NCBI GenBank assembly: GCA_043228905.1 | Contig: JBHGNT010000009.1 | Location: 1,612,001 to 1,676,000, forward strand | DNA length: 64,000 nucleotides | Origin: Azolla caroliniana | Lineage: Eukaryota > Plantae > Polypodiophyta | Reading direction: 5' to 3' | Shown: positions 26,195 through 37,842 of the stretch, piece after piece | How positions within the stretch are numbered: position 1 is the stretch's first letter | How the letters are laid out: every line of letters begins with the position of its first letter | Made by a program: the position numbers and the translations under genes | Notes under the pieces: generated by a model | What the model saw: only the letters and a program-made list of their open reading frames with translations | Databases searched by the model: none | Told to the model about the DNA's origin: nothing

Positions 26195-27052
26195 ATGTCT
26201 CATCTAGCAATGTGCTTTGGTGCAATCTCTTCCCACGAAAATCTTCTGATCAAAGAGAGCGCTCTATGGAGATTCACAAAGAACCCATTTCCCCTTAACC
26301 CTGCAGGTGAGCTCTTTTCATCTTAATATACTGTTTCTCTGTCTCTATCCTTTCTTTTCGTTAATGTAGGGCTAAGATGAAAGCTGTTTAATGACGAAAT
26401 GAACCATTTTCTTGCAGTTCTATGTGTTGGTGATGATGGAATTAGACCCACCTTTAACAAAAACAACAGGCGAGAGTTGTCTTGGAGGTTTCAAGCTCGA
26501 GCCTCAGAAAATGCGATTCATGATGTGGTCATTTCTCAGAATTTCTCGGACAAAGCCATAGCCAAGCTTATTGCCATTGTTGGAAATGCTTCTCCCAGTC
26601 CTTTAGGCCAAGCTACATGGGAAGAAGTCTTGGAACACACTGTGAGTCTATAAGTAATGTTCTTTTGAGGGATCTCAAGTCATTCTGGTGTTTTATTTTT
26701 TTGCCATGATTTCAATCTTTCATTGGGAGGAATAGTAGATGTGATTGTCATACAATAAACTTTTGAACATTATTATTTTCTTGAGCTTCACATTCAGAGA
26801 AACGGAGAGGTTCCAATTACATTCATTAGAAATTTTGAACATTATTATTACTATTTACTGTTTTTCTTGGCTTTATTTCTCATTTGGAGGAACGATACAG
26901 ATTTTAATCATATTTGCAAGCAAAATTTGGACATTATTATTATATTTTTGAGTTCATCAATTTTGCTTTTCTTGTTGTGTTTATTTTTTTGGGTGATTTA
27001 TTATGGCATAGAGCATATTCACAAAAATATTTGACCTTTTCCTCTCTCTCTT

Positions 27053-27103
<51 letters not shown>

Positions 27104-28695
27104 ATAAATAAATAAATAAATAAATATATTCTTTGTGATAATTTATTTTCCTAAGGGATGACAGAGATCATCATATTCATACCATGTTTGGAAAAATTTC
27201 CATTTGTTTTTCGAACTCTTTTTATTTTCGATGACTTACTGTGGTGGGATATTGAGCTTTCCCTTCCAAGGAATGGTGGGGATCATCATATTAAACCCAA
27301 TTAACTGTGGAGAGTTTACTTGTTTTTTTTGGACTTTATTTATTTTTTCGATTATTTATTGTGCCTTTGTAAAAGCTTTCAGTTTTGATTTATATGTGTT
27401 TCTTATGCCTCTAGGCTCGACGATTGAAATGGGTGGACGATGGCTATGAAATGATGGTTGTTAATAGCCGGACATTACGAGATGAATCTCTGGATGGTAT
27501 TTCTCGGAATGATATTCTCAACGCAGACATTTGGATTGTCATAAGTGTAGATGACCCTTCGTCTGTGGATTGGATTCTTAAGAATTCTGTGGATATTTCC
27601 AACCTTGTTTCATTCGACTCATCATCTCAGCTAACGACCAAATTGAAAGGAAAATTCTTAATTCCTGGTGATCCCATAACCAAACTCAAGGCGTCACTTC
27701 CAGGTGGAAATGACACCAAAGAGTTGTTAGGTACAGTGAAGCTCATGGAAGAAGCATGGATGCGGAAGAATGCTGAGGATGTCCGTTTCTTGCTATTGAT
27801 TTTGATTGATAAATGTGTTTCACGAGTTGAAATCCTTAAAAGCTTGAGAGCAACTGATTTGAATACACTCAAGTGTATGATCAAGAACTGTGGCCCACAA
27901 ATTCTAGCATGCCTTTCGAACCCGAGTTGTCGAAAGGCACTGTCTTGCCTCAATAGTTGTGCTCCGACCGACCAAGTTTGTAGCTATCAATGCATCGTAT
28001 CGTACGAAAGCCCAGAGTTAGAGGCATTTTCCTTGTGTGTTCTTCAAAAGCATAATTGCCTTGGTTTGAACTCATCTATACCAATGCAACCTCATGTTGA
28101 GCCAATGAGACTCTTTAGGGGTAGTCCTCTCACGCATGAGATTTCTGAAGATATTTTCATTGGGTGGTTAGGAAAGTTCGAGTGGAGTTGGAGAGTGGCA
28201 GCGGGACAAAACCCTGCCTATGATCAATTTCCATGTCAATTCCAAATTTTCTATAGAGGCAAGGCTAAAGGATCTGTATGGTATGATCCAGTATTTCAAG
28301 TCAAGAAGCTAGATGGCAGTTTTACATGGCGTCGCCGCCATTATCGTGTTCGTAGGGCCGATGATCCTGGAACATTCTTTTTCTCTGTTCTAGACAATGG
28401 TGTTATTTCTAAAGAGTATTGGAGAATAGTTGATATGACCGATGACTTGTCATGGGGGCTTTTCTATTATAGTGGTGCTGCATCTGCAGCCGGTCAGTCT
28501 TACACCGGTGCAATTATTGTAACTCCAGATGGTCAATGGCCGGGTAAATGTGAACATGAGAGGCTTACCGAGGCCCTTGAAAAGTGTGGAATAAAGGAGT
28601 GGGAAATGTATAAGGTTAACAATGCCTCTTGTGAAGGTCCCCCACTAGGAATACCTGAGAATGCGGGGAAGCAACTCACTTCACTAAATGTATAG
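26195..28695 (+). CDS. VDR: Violaxanthin de-epoxidase-related protein, 3 coding exons (26195-26306, 26418-26641, 27415-28695)
   Basis: WEEVLEHT|ARRLKWVDDGYEM, a Cys-rich CMIKNC..ILACL.NP.CRKALSCLNSCAPTDQVCSYQC domain and a lipocalin-like WRVAAGQNPAYDQFPCQ. Splice phases are consistent. The first exon is less certain. Confidence 0.9.
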
Positions 28696-29917
28696 TCATT
28701 ACACTATAAGAAATAATGAAAATTGATGATTCTTATAATGATCATGACAATAAGTGTTGCGCTTGACTTTTCTGAAGTTCATCGTCTTGAAATAAACATA
28801 CACCATTATGAGTTGGATGTCCAACAGTCGACAATATTACAATTCCAATGATTGAGACTGAGAAGCATGCGATTCTCTAAGATTATGAATTAGTTTTAAT
28901 TAATTTCCTTGATACCGTGTTAAGTGATTAAGTTTTTTTTGTATAGATTTTTAATTAGTTGAGTCTAATTTACTCTTAACAAAGATTGCATTCTTGATAT
29001 GAATGGCGGGAACCTTGAGAATTCAGACATGAATAGTATAGGAAATCAAGTATAACTGTACTCAAGTTTGATTGAGTAATTTGTTATTGCCAATAGCAAA
29101 GCAAGGTCAATAATTTGTTACTGAACATAGGAGAAGAGTAGAAAATCAATAAAAGGAAATGTATAGGAGATACTAAGGTTCTAGAAGCTTCTTCATTGTT
29201 TCAATTATGGAGTCTTAGTTTACTTACTATTAAGAGAAACTTGCATATATCTTGAACACATATCAAGGCTTCAACTATAGAACATTTTGGAGTTAATATG
29301 ATTTCAGAGCTCATACCAAGAGACTAGTAGACCTCGATGCAGAAACTTCGAAATTCATGGTAGTGCGAATGTTCTTGATATCACTCATAAACAATTAAAT
29401 GCTCATCATCCACCTCGGTACTCAAACATTAACATCTACTATAATGGTGATGTTACAAGCATCTTGGTTGTACCGTTGTATCTATGGTTTGATTTTTAAT
29501 TGAGGCACATCAATACCTTGGATAGAAGTAGTTTCTTTTACTTCCTCCCGTCACTCTATTCTCATCATCTTTTTACCATCGTATTACCATTGGCTGTGCT
29601 ATTGTTTAAAGCATAAGAGTTGAAAATTATGTACATGGTCTCAAACTAAAACCAAAGATGTTTTTGACAAGGCTAGACAAACAAAAACATAAAGGTTTTT
29701 ACATGGATTGTAAGACACCGACAACCTTTTATGTTATTTGGCAAGGTTACACAAACAAAAGCATAAATATCTGGTAGATAGATACGTTATACTTGAAATG
29801 GTTGGAGCTCTCTTATATAGATGAGTACCATATACTTTATCTTAAAAAGTTTTATTTATTAGAGGAATTCTTTGAACTTTTGTTTAGACCATACATGGAT
29901 TCCATTCTTAAATCCTT

Positions 29918-31866
29918 TCAAGACCATTGGTCAGGATCGGCATCAGCAAAGGTTGACCCAGAGCCGATCTGGTCGTACCAGACTTGCCGAGTCGTTTGAG
30001 ATCCGACAATATATCCATTATCATGCCAACCATTGGCATATAGACCTGCACGGAATTGGAAGGGCCGATCATCGGCAAGGGTTGTTGCGATGTTGTAGAC
30101 CTCTAGCACTTTGGTCCCATCGAACCATAACTTGTAGTACCCAGTGTTATCACTTTTCCATGAGGCTTGGATAACAACCTTGTGCCAAGCCCCAGCAGAC
30201 ACTGTAGCAAGGTTGGGGAACTGTGTGGTTGTGGGGCTACACACGGCACCTGCTTTCACACGAGAGTAGAGTTGGTTTCCCACCAACCAAACCATGCTAG
30301 TGGGAATGTAGTCATCACATTTATAGTCAGAGAAATCAGCTATGAATTGCCCCAAGTTGTAGCTTTGGGATGTGAAATCCCAATCGGATTGTAGTCGAAA
30401 AGCAAATCCATAGAAACCTGTCCCTCCACGACTATAGACTCCATTCTTAACCACCTCGGAGTGATATCGCCCTGTATATGATGCATCATATACTTGTGTA
30501 CATTTGATTGCTGTGGTTCCTTTGTATACCACATTTGTTACATCTTTCACAGTTCCATAATGCTCCTAACATTTGCAGCAAAAAATTTGATCAGCCAGAA
30601 TTGGCTTTAACCCACATTAATCGCATACTTAATTAGAATTAAATATTGATTATTCTCATATAATAGTATGTATAGTGATAAATCTCTTGCTTCATAACAT
30701 GTCAGTTGTGGATGCAAACAAGAACATAATGTCCATAGGTATATGTATTCACAAAAATAATGCAGAATAATTTGAGTGAATCTCTCCATTTGAGAAATTT
30801 TGGGTTCAAACCCTACATTGGGCATCGTCAGTATGGATATGTATGTGTTTACACAGGTTGTGGAAGTGGTTAATGGGAGTCCACCCTAATGAAACAATTG
30901 GAAGCATACTTAGGTGACTCCCTTTGCTAAGAGGTGGTGTTTCCAAACCTACAAGTTGCATCATGGATGGGTATAAGCAAGGCTTTTGTTATGGTAGTGT
31001 AACCTGAAAGTTGATGTTATTGCATGGATACCAAACTTAAACTTGGTATGCATTCTAACCGTAAGATATAACAATATCACCATAGGGCTTCATTTTTGTA
31101 ACGCAAGAAGCTACGAAATTTCCACCATCGTCTAGGGCACAAGTATAGGAAGCTACCACTTTCCCGCCGATGTCTCGAATGTGTATTTAGGAAGTTGTAT
31201 TTTCCTGCCAATGTCTAGGACAAGTATTTTCAAAGGTACCAGCTCATGACAAATGTCTAGGACACATTTATTTAGGAACTGACCAGTTTTACACTACCAA
31301 TGTCACTAGGACACACACATCTACTCCGCCTGATTGTCAATAACCTTTGGGTATGACATCCATTGTAGGGGAATCTTCCCCATGGGTAAAGGGGGTTAAT
31401 CCCTGCTCCTCGTTTATTGGTTAGCTCATTCTATTCTTAATTATGACACTCAAAGATGTGAAACCAGTTTAAAAAGGCATTTTCAAGAACAGTTAAGTAC
31501 TCAATTTATGTAATTTGGCAGGGATCAAGGGTAATTAAGTGCCCGATTTATGTAATTAAGATGGATTTTGAAATAACTATGTACCTAATTTATGTACTTT
31601 AGATGGGTTGAGAATTTAAGTACATTGATAAATTTCAAATGGATTTGAGAGCACATGAGTATCAATTTTGCAATCATGAAGGTAAGTAAGCAGTTAATTG
31701 GTATTAACTACATTTCATTATAATTAGTTGCCTTGATTAATAGTACCTGATTAATGGAATCCCACCCAGAGACAGTGCCAGTGTTGTGGAATAGCACCGT
31801 GGCTTCTGATAAGAACACAAGAAGGGATGCAATTGTTAACCCTAACCAGAATTCTAGGTTCTTCAT
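29918..31866 (-). CDS. Secreted polysaccharide lyase family 20 (endo-beta-1,4-glucuronan lyase)-like protein, 2 exons (31866-31747, 30565-29918), 255 aa
   Basis: Exon 1 encodes MKNLEFWLGLTIASLLVFLSEA|TVLFHNTGTVSGWDSINQ (signal peptide plus mature N-terminus). A phase-0 GT-AG intron follows. Exon 2 carries YTGRYHSEV, FYGFAFRL, SYNLGQFIA, NLATVSAGAWH, SDNTGY.K.WFDG, FQFR.GLYAN.WHD and RQVWYD, which I recognise from fungal PL20 (Trichoderma reesei glucuronan lyase type). Confidence 0.88.
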
Positions 31867-31906
31867 GATTTGGATTATTTTTGATTCCTCATTCTATCAA
31901 AAGCCA

Positions 31907-31916
31907 GCTATTTATA
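31907..31916 (-). promoter_or_regulatory. Candidate TATA box of the PL20-like gene
   Basis: TTATAAATAG on the minus strand, about 40-50 nt upstream of the ATG. Confidence 0.45.
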
Positions 31917-34249
31917 ACATTTTAGTCTCGTGTTTGGCTTTGTCTAACACTTTCCTAAGTCAATATTATTTATTCACGATGTGAAAGAAAAGAGTGGACA
32001 AAAGCAAAATGATTTGCTAGCGTTATTTGTTTTTCAATGCATCAAAGTATGTATAATTTGTCCCTATGCATGAGGATAAGTATAATAATTTGTTGTACGT
32101 GTCATCTGCTCAATTAGTCTCGAGTCTCAAGCAATGAGTCAAATATATTTACATCGATCATAAAACAACATGCTCCTTTTAGTTTGAATTCATTTGAATT
32201 TCACAACCACAGTAAAAAGAAAAAACTGGCTTTACAAATTCATTTCTCTTTTAATCCAAAGGGTTCAAAACAATGGCATTAATCTTCTCATTAACCTTAT
32301 AAAGAATAATAAAGCTAGAGTGTTTTTGATTTGCTATACTGTTTGAAGTCGAATTTCTAGTTTGCGGAAGTAAATATCTCTACTTCGAAATGAAAAGTTA
32401 AGCTTGAAAAATGTCAAATCTTTTATTGTGCTCGTAACCAACTAGATTTTAATCAAAATTGATGTTGTAGAGTTGAGATCTTACATTGCTTCGACAGTTT
32501 GTTATTGGACACGAGTTTCTTTTTTACTTTGTAATTGGAAAAGAGTTGTTTGAAGTCCATTGACTCATTTTTGTTGTAATGCCATAGGTCATGCATGACA
32601 AAATGGCATATGCCAGGTGGGTTGCTTAATTCTAGTGGATATTCATTAACTTGAAACCTTTGTGAAAAAGATAATTATTTAAGTTGAAATATATCATATA
32701 GGAAGAGGATAATGGACTTAAATAGAATAGAATATTGTTCTTGACATGAAACTTAGTTTGAAATTACATACATGTGTAGAAGGAAGAAACCTCAAGGGTT
32801 GATTTGAAATGAAAACAATTATACGGGATAATGTTTTTAAAATGCAACATGAACTTGTTGCAATGTAGTATTTGTACGTAGCTAGTGTTTCAATGCAAGC
32901 AATGTTTTGACTTTTTGATGTCGTGTGTTGTCTAATCATTCTCAACATATTTCGTTTTTTTTTTGCACATAAAATATCCTAGCAAGTATCCTACACTCCA
33001 TCACATGCACCCCATATAATCACGCCTCTTTCATTTCTTCGGTTACTTGTCAAATGAGTTAGGCAAAGCTTGCACAAACTATCACATAGTCAATTCTCTC
33101 CCTCTCTTGCATTGCAATGTATTGTATCACGGCATGAATACAATGATGTCTTAAGGGGAATAATCTCATATTAATTGGTTTTTAATATCCCTCCAAGTGG
33201 TTATGTTTCAAACCTAGTTAATTGGTTATATGCCAAATGTATACAAGAAACATACTTTTATGTTTTGTAATTGGTACAATTAATATCCCATAAAAACTTA
33301 ATATTTTCAATCTAGAAAATTGCTTATAGGCCCAATGTAGACAAGAAATATACTCATATTGTAATATGTAATAATATTTTAATTAGAGTAGTGATTAGGT
33401 GTGTGAACATTATCATTTATTTAACTTAAGAACCCGAGTCTTCAACAACTGTATCGAGTGGAGATCTAATTATTTTTATATGTTAAAGTATGACATGGTC
33501 TTTATGTCCATTGGAGAATGATGCATCCAAACCCTTGTTAGCCTACCATAGGAATGCAACCCCTCAACACTTGGCGACAAGCTTCAACATGATCCCTGAT
33601 GGAAATTTCCTTAATGTGACATTCAGACTACGGAACTTGTTGGAGGAAAAAATGCATACTTGAGTCATTCCAACACCTTGTTTCATGTTGAAGAGAAATA
33701 TGTGAAGGGCAATAGTTCACATGCAAAGATGTAGCGGATTCTTAAGAGAATGGATTCTAGGATGTGTGAGTTACTGCAATTGCCTTGTTCACAAGAGCCC
33801 TTACTATTGGATGATCCAGTTGATCAATAGTGTATAATCCTATGACACAGTGAGGTTTGTTTAGTATCTACAAGATAGATAGTGCTTCATTTATGCAAGA
33901 GGATGAAATTCGACCAAGGAGGATGTAAGGTAGTGAAGAGTTCCCAAAGTTGGTTAAAGTGGAGGCCACATAAAACCTTAAAGTTTTGGCATCTTGATGT
34001 CCCGAGAAGTTTGTCCCCCTAACATATATAGTGAGGATATGTAGAAAGTTAAATGTGAATACCTCCAAACTAAAGGTTATGTTTGCAAAGTCTCTCAATA
34101 AGTAGAGAGTCCACAATACTCTCATAAGATTATGCGCATCCTTTAAAGTATTAGCTAAAAGCACAAACATTGTTTTTTTTTTCCAAACAACATATTCTTC
34201 CATTAGTTTTAAAAAGGCATATCAGATACAAAATACAAAATAGAGAAGC

Positions 34250-36100
34250 GACAATTCTTCCCAACCCGTCTTGTGTAAGACAATGGCTAGCCATGGATCC
34301 TTCATTTGATAAAAATGATTGAGCACTTCCTCAATTTTCCCCATTCTCAACCTCTCGAGTATCACCACAAACTTTCAAGCCAGAACCAAGTACAAATGTA
34401 TTTGACAAGATATTATGTGTTTGCATCTCCTTCATGAGGTTTAGTGCTTCCTCACCATGCTCATGTCCATAGGATCACATTTTTGATTGGCTAGTTGTCA
34501 AAAACTTGACGTGCTACTTCAATCAATCCAATTGCCAATAAGAAGATCTTTGTCGAATCCTTTCTTAATTATCTCAGCATGCATTTGCTTGATGAATACT
34601 AGACTATTGTATGATTTCACGATGCAAAGTAATGGTATAGTGTCTTGAGAAACACCTTTTTGTTACATTTTCTCAAGACAATAGATTACCTTCTCAACAT
34701 CCCCACATTCAATATATCCTGAAATTAATGCATTCCACAATACTACATCTTTACTTGTGAGTTTGAGAGACACTTGTTGAGTTTTTGCAAGAAGGCTATA
34801 TTTAGCCTAAACATCAGTTACCAAAGTCCTACCGATAAGAAGCTCCTTTTCTAATCTCGTGAGGATAATTTAAACATATATTCATGAAACATGCGTAGTG
34901 TCTCCATTGCTAACACAAGCTTTCAGGACACAAGCCAGTGTAATGGCATCCAATGGCACACGTTCAACTCACATTTTCTCATAGCACATGAGTGTCTCCT
35001 TATCATATCCATGCTTATCGTCATTTTGCCTTTGTTAAAAAAGAATCCATGCTTCCTGGCCAAATCTATGTTGGGAATATCCTAAAATTAGTGCATTCCA
35101 AGAAACCACATACATCCTGAACCAGAAGCCCCTTGAGCACTTTATGTACTTTTCATACTTGACCACATTTAGCCTACATATCCAATACCATGAGACCAAA
35201 TCTTGACTATGAAGTTCATCAAAAAGCAAGCGAGTTTTCTCCAAATCGTTACATTTAGCATACATGTCAACGAAAGCATTCCCTCAAGCATAACATTCTG
35301 TTCCAATAAACTTTTATAAATTATCTCATCATGGATTTGTTAACCCTTACAAATTCCCCAAGGGCACCACATGCTTTCAAGATACAAGTAGTCACAATGC
35401 ATTTCTAAACATTTCAACGCATCCTTGCCACGTTGATAGTGGACTATTTCTACTTTTCTGAATTCACCAAATTTAGCATACATAGTCATCAAAGCAACGC
35501 CTAAAATAATGTCAAATGCAAAAGTGATCTAATCAGGAGCAATGCCATCATTTTGCATATGCTCGAAATAATTGAGAGCTTCTCAACCCTTTCCCCTTTT
35601 AGCATATCCACAAATAATAGCACACTGTGAGACAACATCTCGAACCTGAAGCTCCATAAACACTTTATAGGCTTCTCCTACACTGCCTTTGGCATATATA
35701 GTAGTCAAAGCACTCCCTAAATAGGGCTTTTTCTCATGTAATCCTTTCTCTCTTTTTTCTTTTTTTGTATAGTCCAAACTTTCTAGGTGTATATAATTTC
35801 AGGCACTCGAATTGCACCGCATAATGATTGATGATTCCCATATGGCTTTGCTTTTAAGCAACAAGGATGAATCCTTGACTATGTTTTGTGTACTTGCCAC
35901 TATCTGCTTTGAACCAGTTTTACATTAACATTAGCCATGTCGACGTTTGCTTTATCACAACCTCAAAAAATGTGCTTGACCCCCACACTATCTTCACTCA
36001 TCCGTATCTCACAAAAAATTTATTCATCAAGTCTGCATCAACCATCTCGCCGATTACCACCATGTTCCATATGTTGGCATGTCTACGCAAATGCTAGCTT
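34250..36100 (-). pseudogene. Decayed PLS-class pentatricopeptide repeat (PPR) gene
   Basis: Minus-strand fragments DVVLWNALISGY, MYAKC.DLEK..LLFDEL..QDLVSW, VVSWNALILGYSQH and LGSALTTIYAK.GS..EAYKVF, interrupted by stops and frameshifts. Confidence 0.85.
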
Positions 36101-36447
36101 CACTCATCCTTAACCCCCACACCATCTTCATCCACAAATAATAGCATGTTTATTTATGAATAAAAAGGCAAAGCAATTTAAAAACTTGACCTCAAAATAT
36201 CTCATACAATGAACTCTTGCAAACATCTCTTCTCTTGGTATAGAGAGTTCATGCACATGTATAAATAGAAAGATACTTAGCCAAATACAGTATATGGCGA
36301 TGGGGTCAATGGTATGTCTAATATTGATCAATTGTGGATTCTTTCAAATTTTATGAGAGAGAGAGAGAAAGAAAGAAAGAAAGAAAGAAATATTAACGTC
36401 TTTTAAGAGGCCAAAATGGCCTATAAGACCAAACAAGAGATTACATC

Positions 36448-36451
<4 letters not shown>

Positions 36452-36539
<88 letters not shown>
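36452..36539. repeat. (GA)n microsatellite
   Basis: Long perfect AG dinucleotide run. Confidence 0.97.
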
Positions 36540-36541
<2 letters not shown>

Positions 36542-37842
36542 CAAGTTGAGATGGTTGTGTCATACAATGAGTTCATTAGTTTGATACACTAATGTGGAAG
36601 TGTAAGTTATGAGAAGTGAGAAATGATGTATGATTCAATAAAAAGAGTGGAAGCATTATATTATTTAACCCCAAATGATCTTGTGTTGATGGCCTAATAA
36701 TAGTTTATCTCTAGTGAAGCTCATTTGGACAGAATGAGAGTCTAGATTTGTTTTATTTAGCAAGAAGTAGATACATTTGAGGCGAATATACTAAACATAT
36801 ATGATATAATAACTTGTCTATTTAGGGTTCTTTTATGCCATGGCACCATAAAGTGTCTAACCATGCATTTTCGGTCAATAAAGTTAAAAAACCTTCTTCT
36901 CTTTCTTTTCCTTTTATATAATGTTACGACAAGATAAAAGAAGTGTAGTTGAGAAAAGTAAGGTATTTTAATGTTACTGAATGCGTTTGAGACATATATG
37001 TACGACCTTTTCGGTAAAAAGATACATTGTTTGAGTCATAAAAAGATACATCGTGACCAACGCCATTTGGAAAAGATAGAATAGGAACACATCATGCATG
37101 CACATAGTTGTTTTGAAATGCGGAATGGGTACGCGTGTGTGCGCGCATTGGGTTCGACAGAACAAATTGTGAGGTATCCGAAACCAGAAACAAAACAAAC
37201 CAGAATCAAAACACGGCAGTACACTTGGAAAAAGAATGGTGTCGGAGCGGGTCCTACCATCCCCCCCCTCCCCCCTTGAGACACAATAGATGGGAAGGAT
37301 GGTGGTAACGAGTTTTTTAAAGAGATATGGTACGACACACGGGTTTAGGGTCATGGAGATAAAGGTCATGGGCGGGTGGGCGGGCGGGCGGGTGGACAAC
37401 AAGAACCTTTAGGGTTCTTTCTTTCTTTCTTTTTAGGGTTGGTAAAAAAGCAATGGATATGTATATGATTGTTAATTACTTGCTAACACTCAAATTAATG
37501 AAGGAATTGACGGGTCACTGAATGAAGGAATGAAACCATCAATTCAATGATTTGGTGGCTTGAAGAAGAAGAAGAAAGAAAGAAAGAAAGAAAGAAAGAA
37601 GAAAGACAGAAGAAAGAAGAAGAGCTCCAAAATTTCTAAGATAATAATTGATTGGAAGATGATTCAGAAGGCCCCCACAGAAAAACGACCAAAAAAACAG
37701 ACACAGACAGAGCTACAGACACAGACACAGACACAGACAGAGCTGCAGCAAGAAGAAGCAGCAGAAGAAGAAGAAGCAGAAAGAGAGAGAGAGAGAAGGA
37801 AGAACGAGGAGGAGCTGCATCCAGTTTGAAGCAGCCTGAGCT

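Noticed and set aside
33500-33900. Weak resemblance to a copia RNase H end on the minus strand
   Set aside because: The motif match is too poor and no LTRs were seen.
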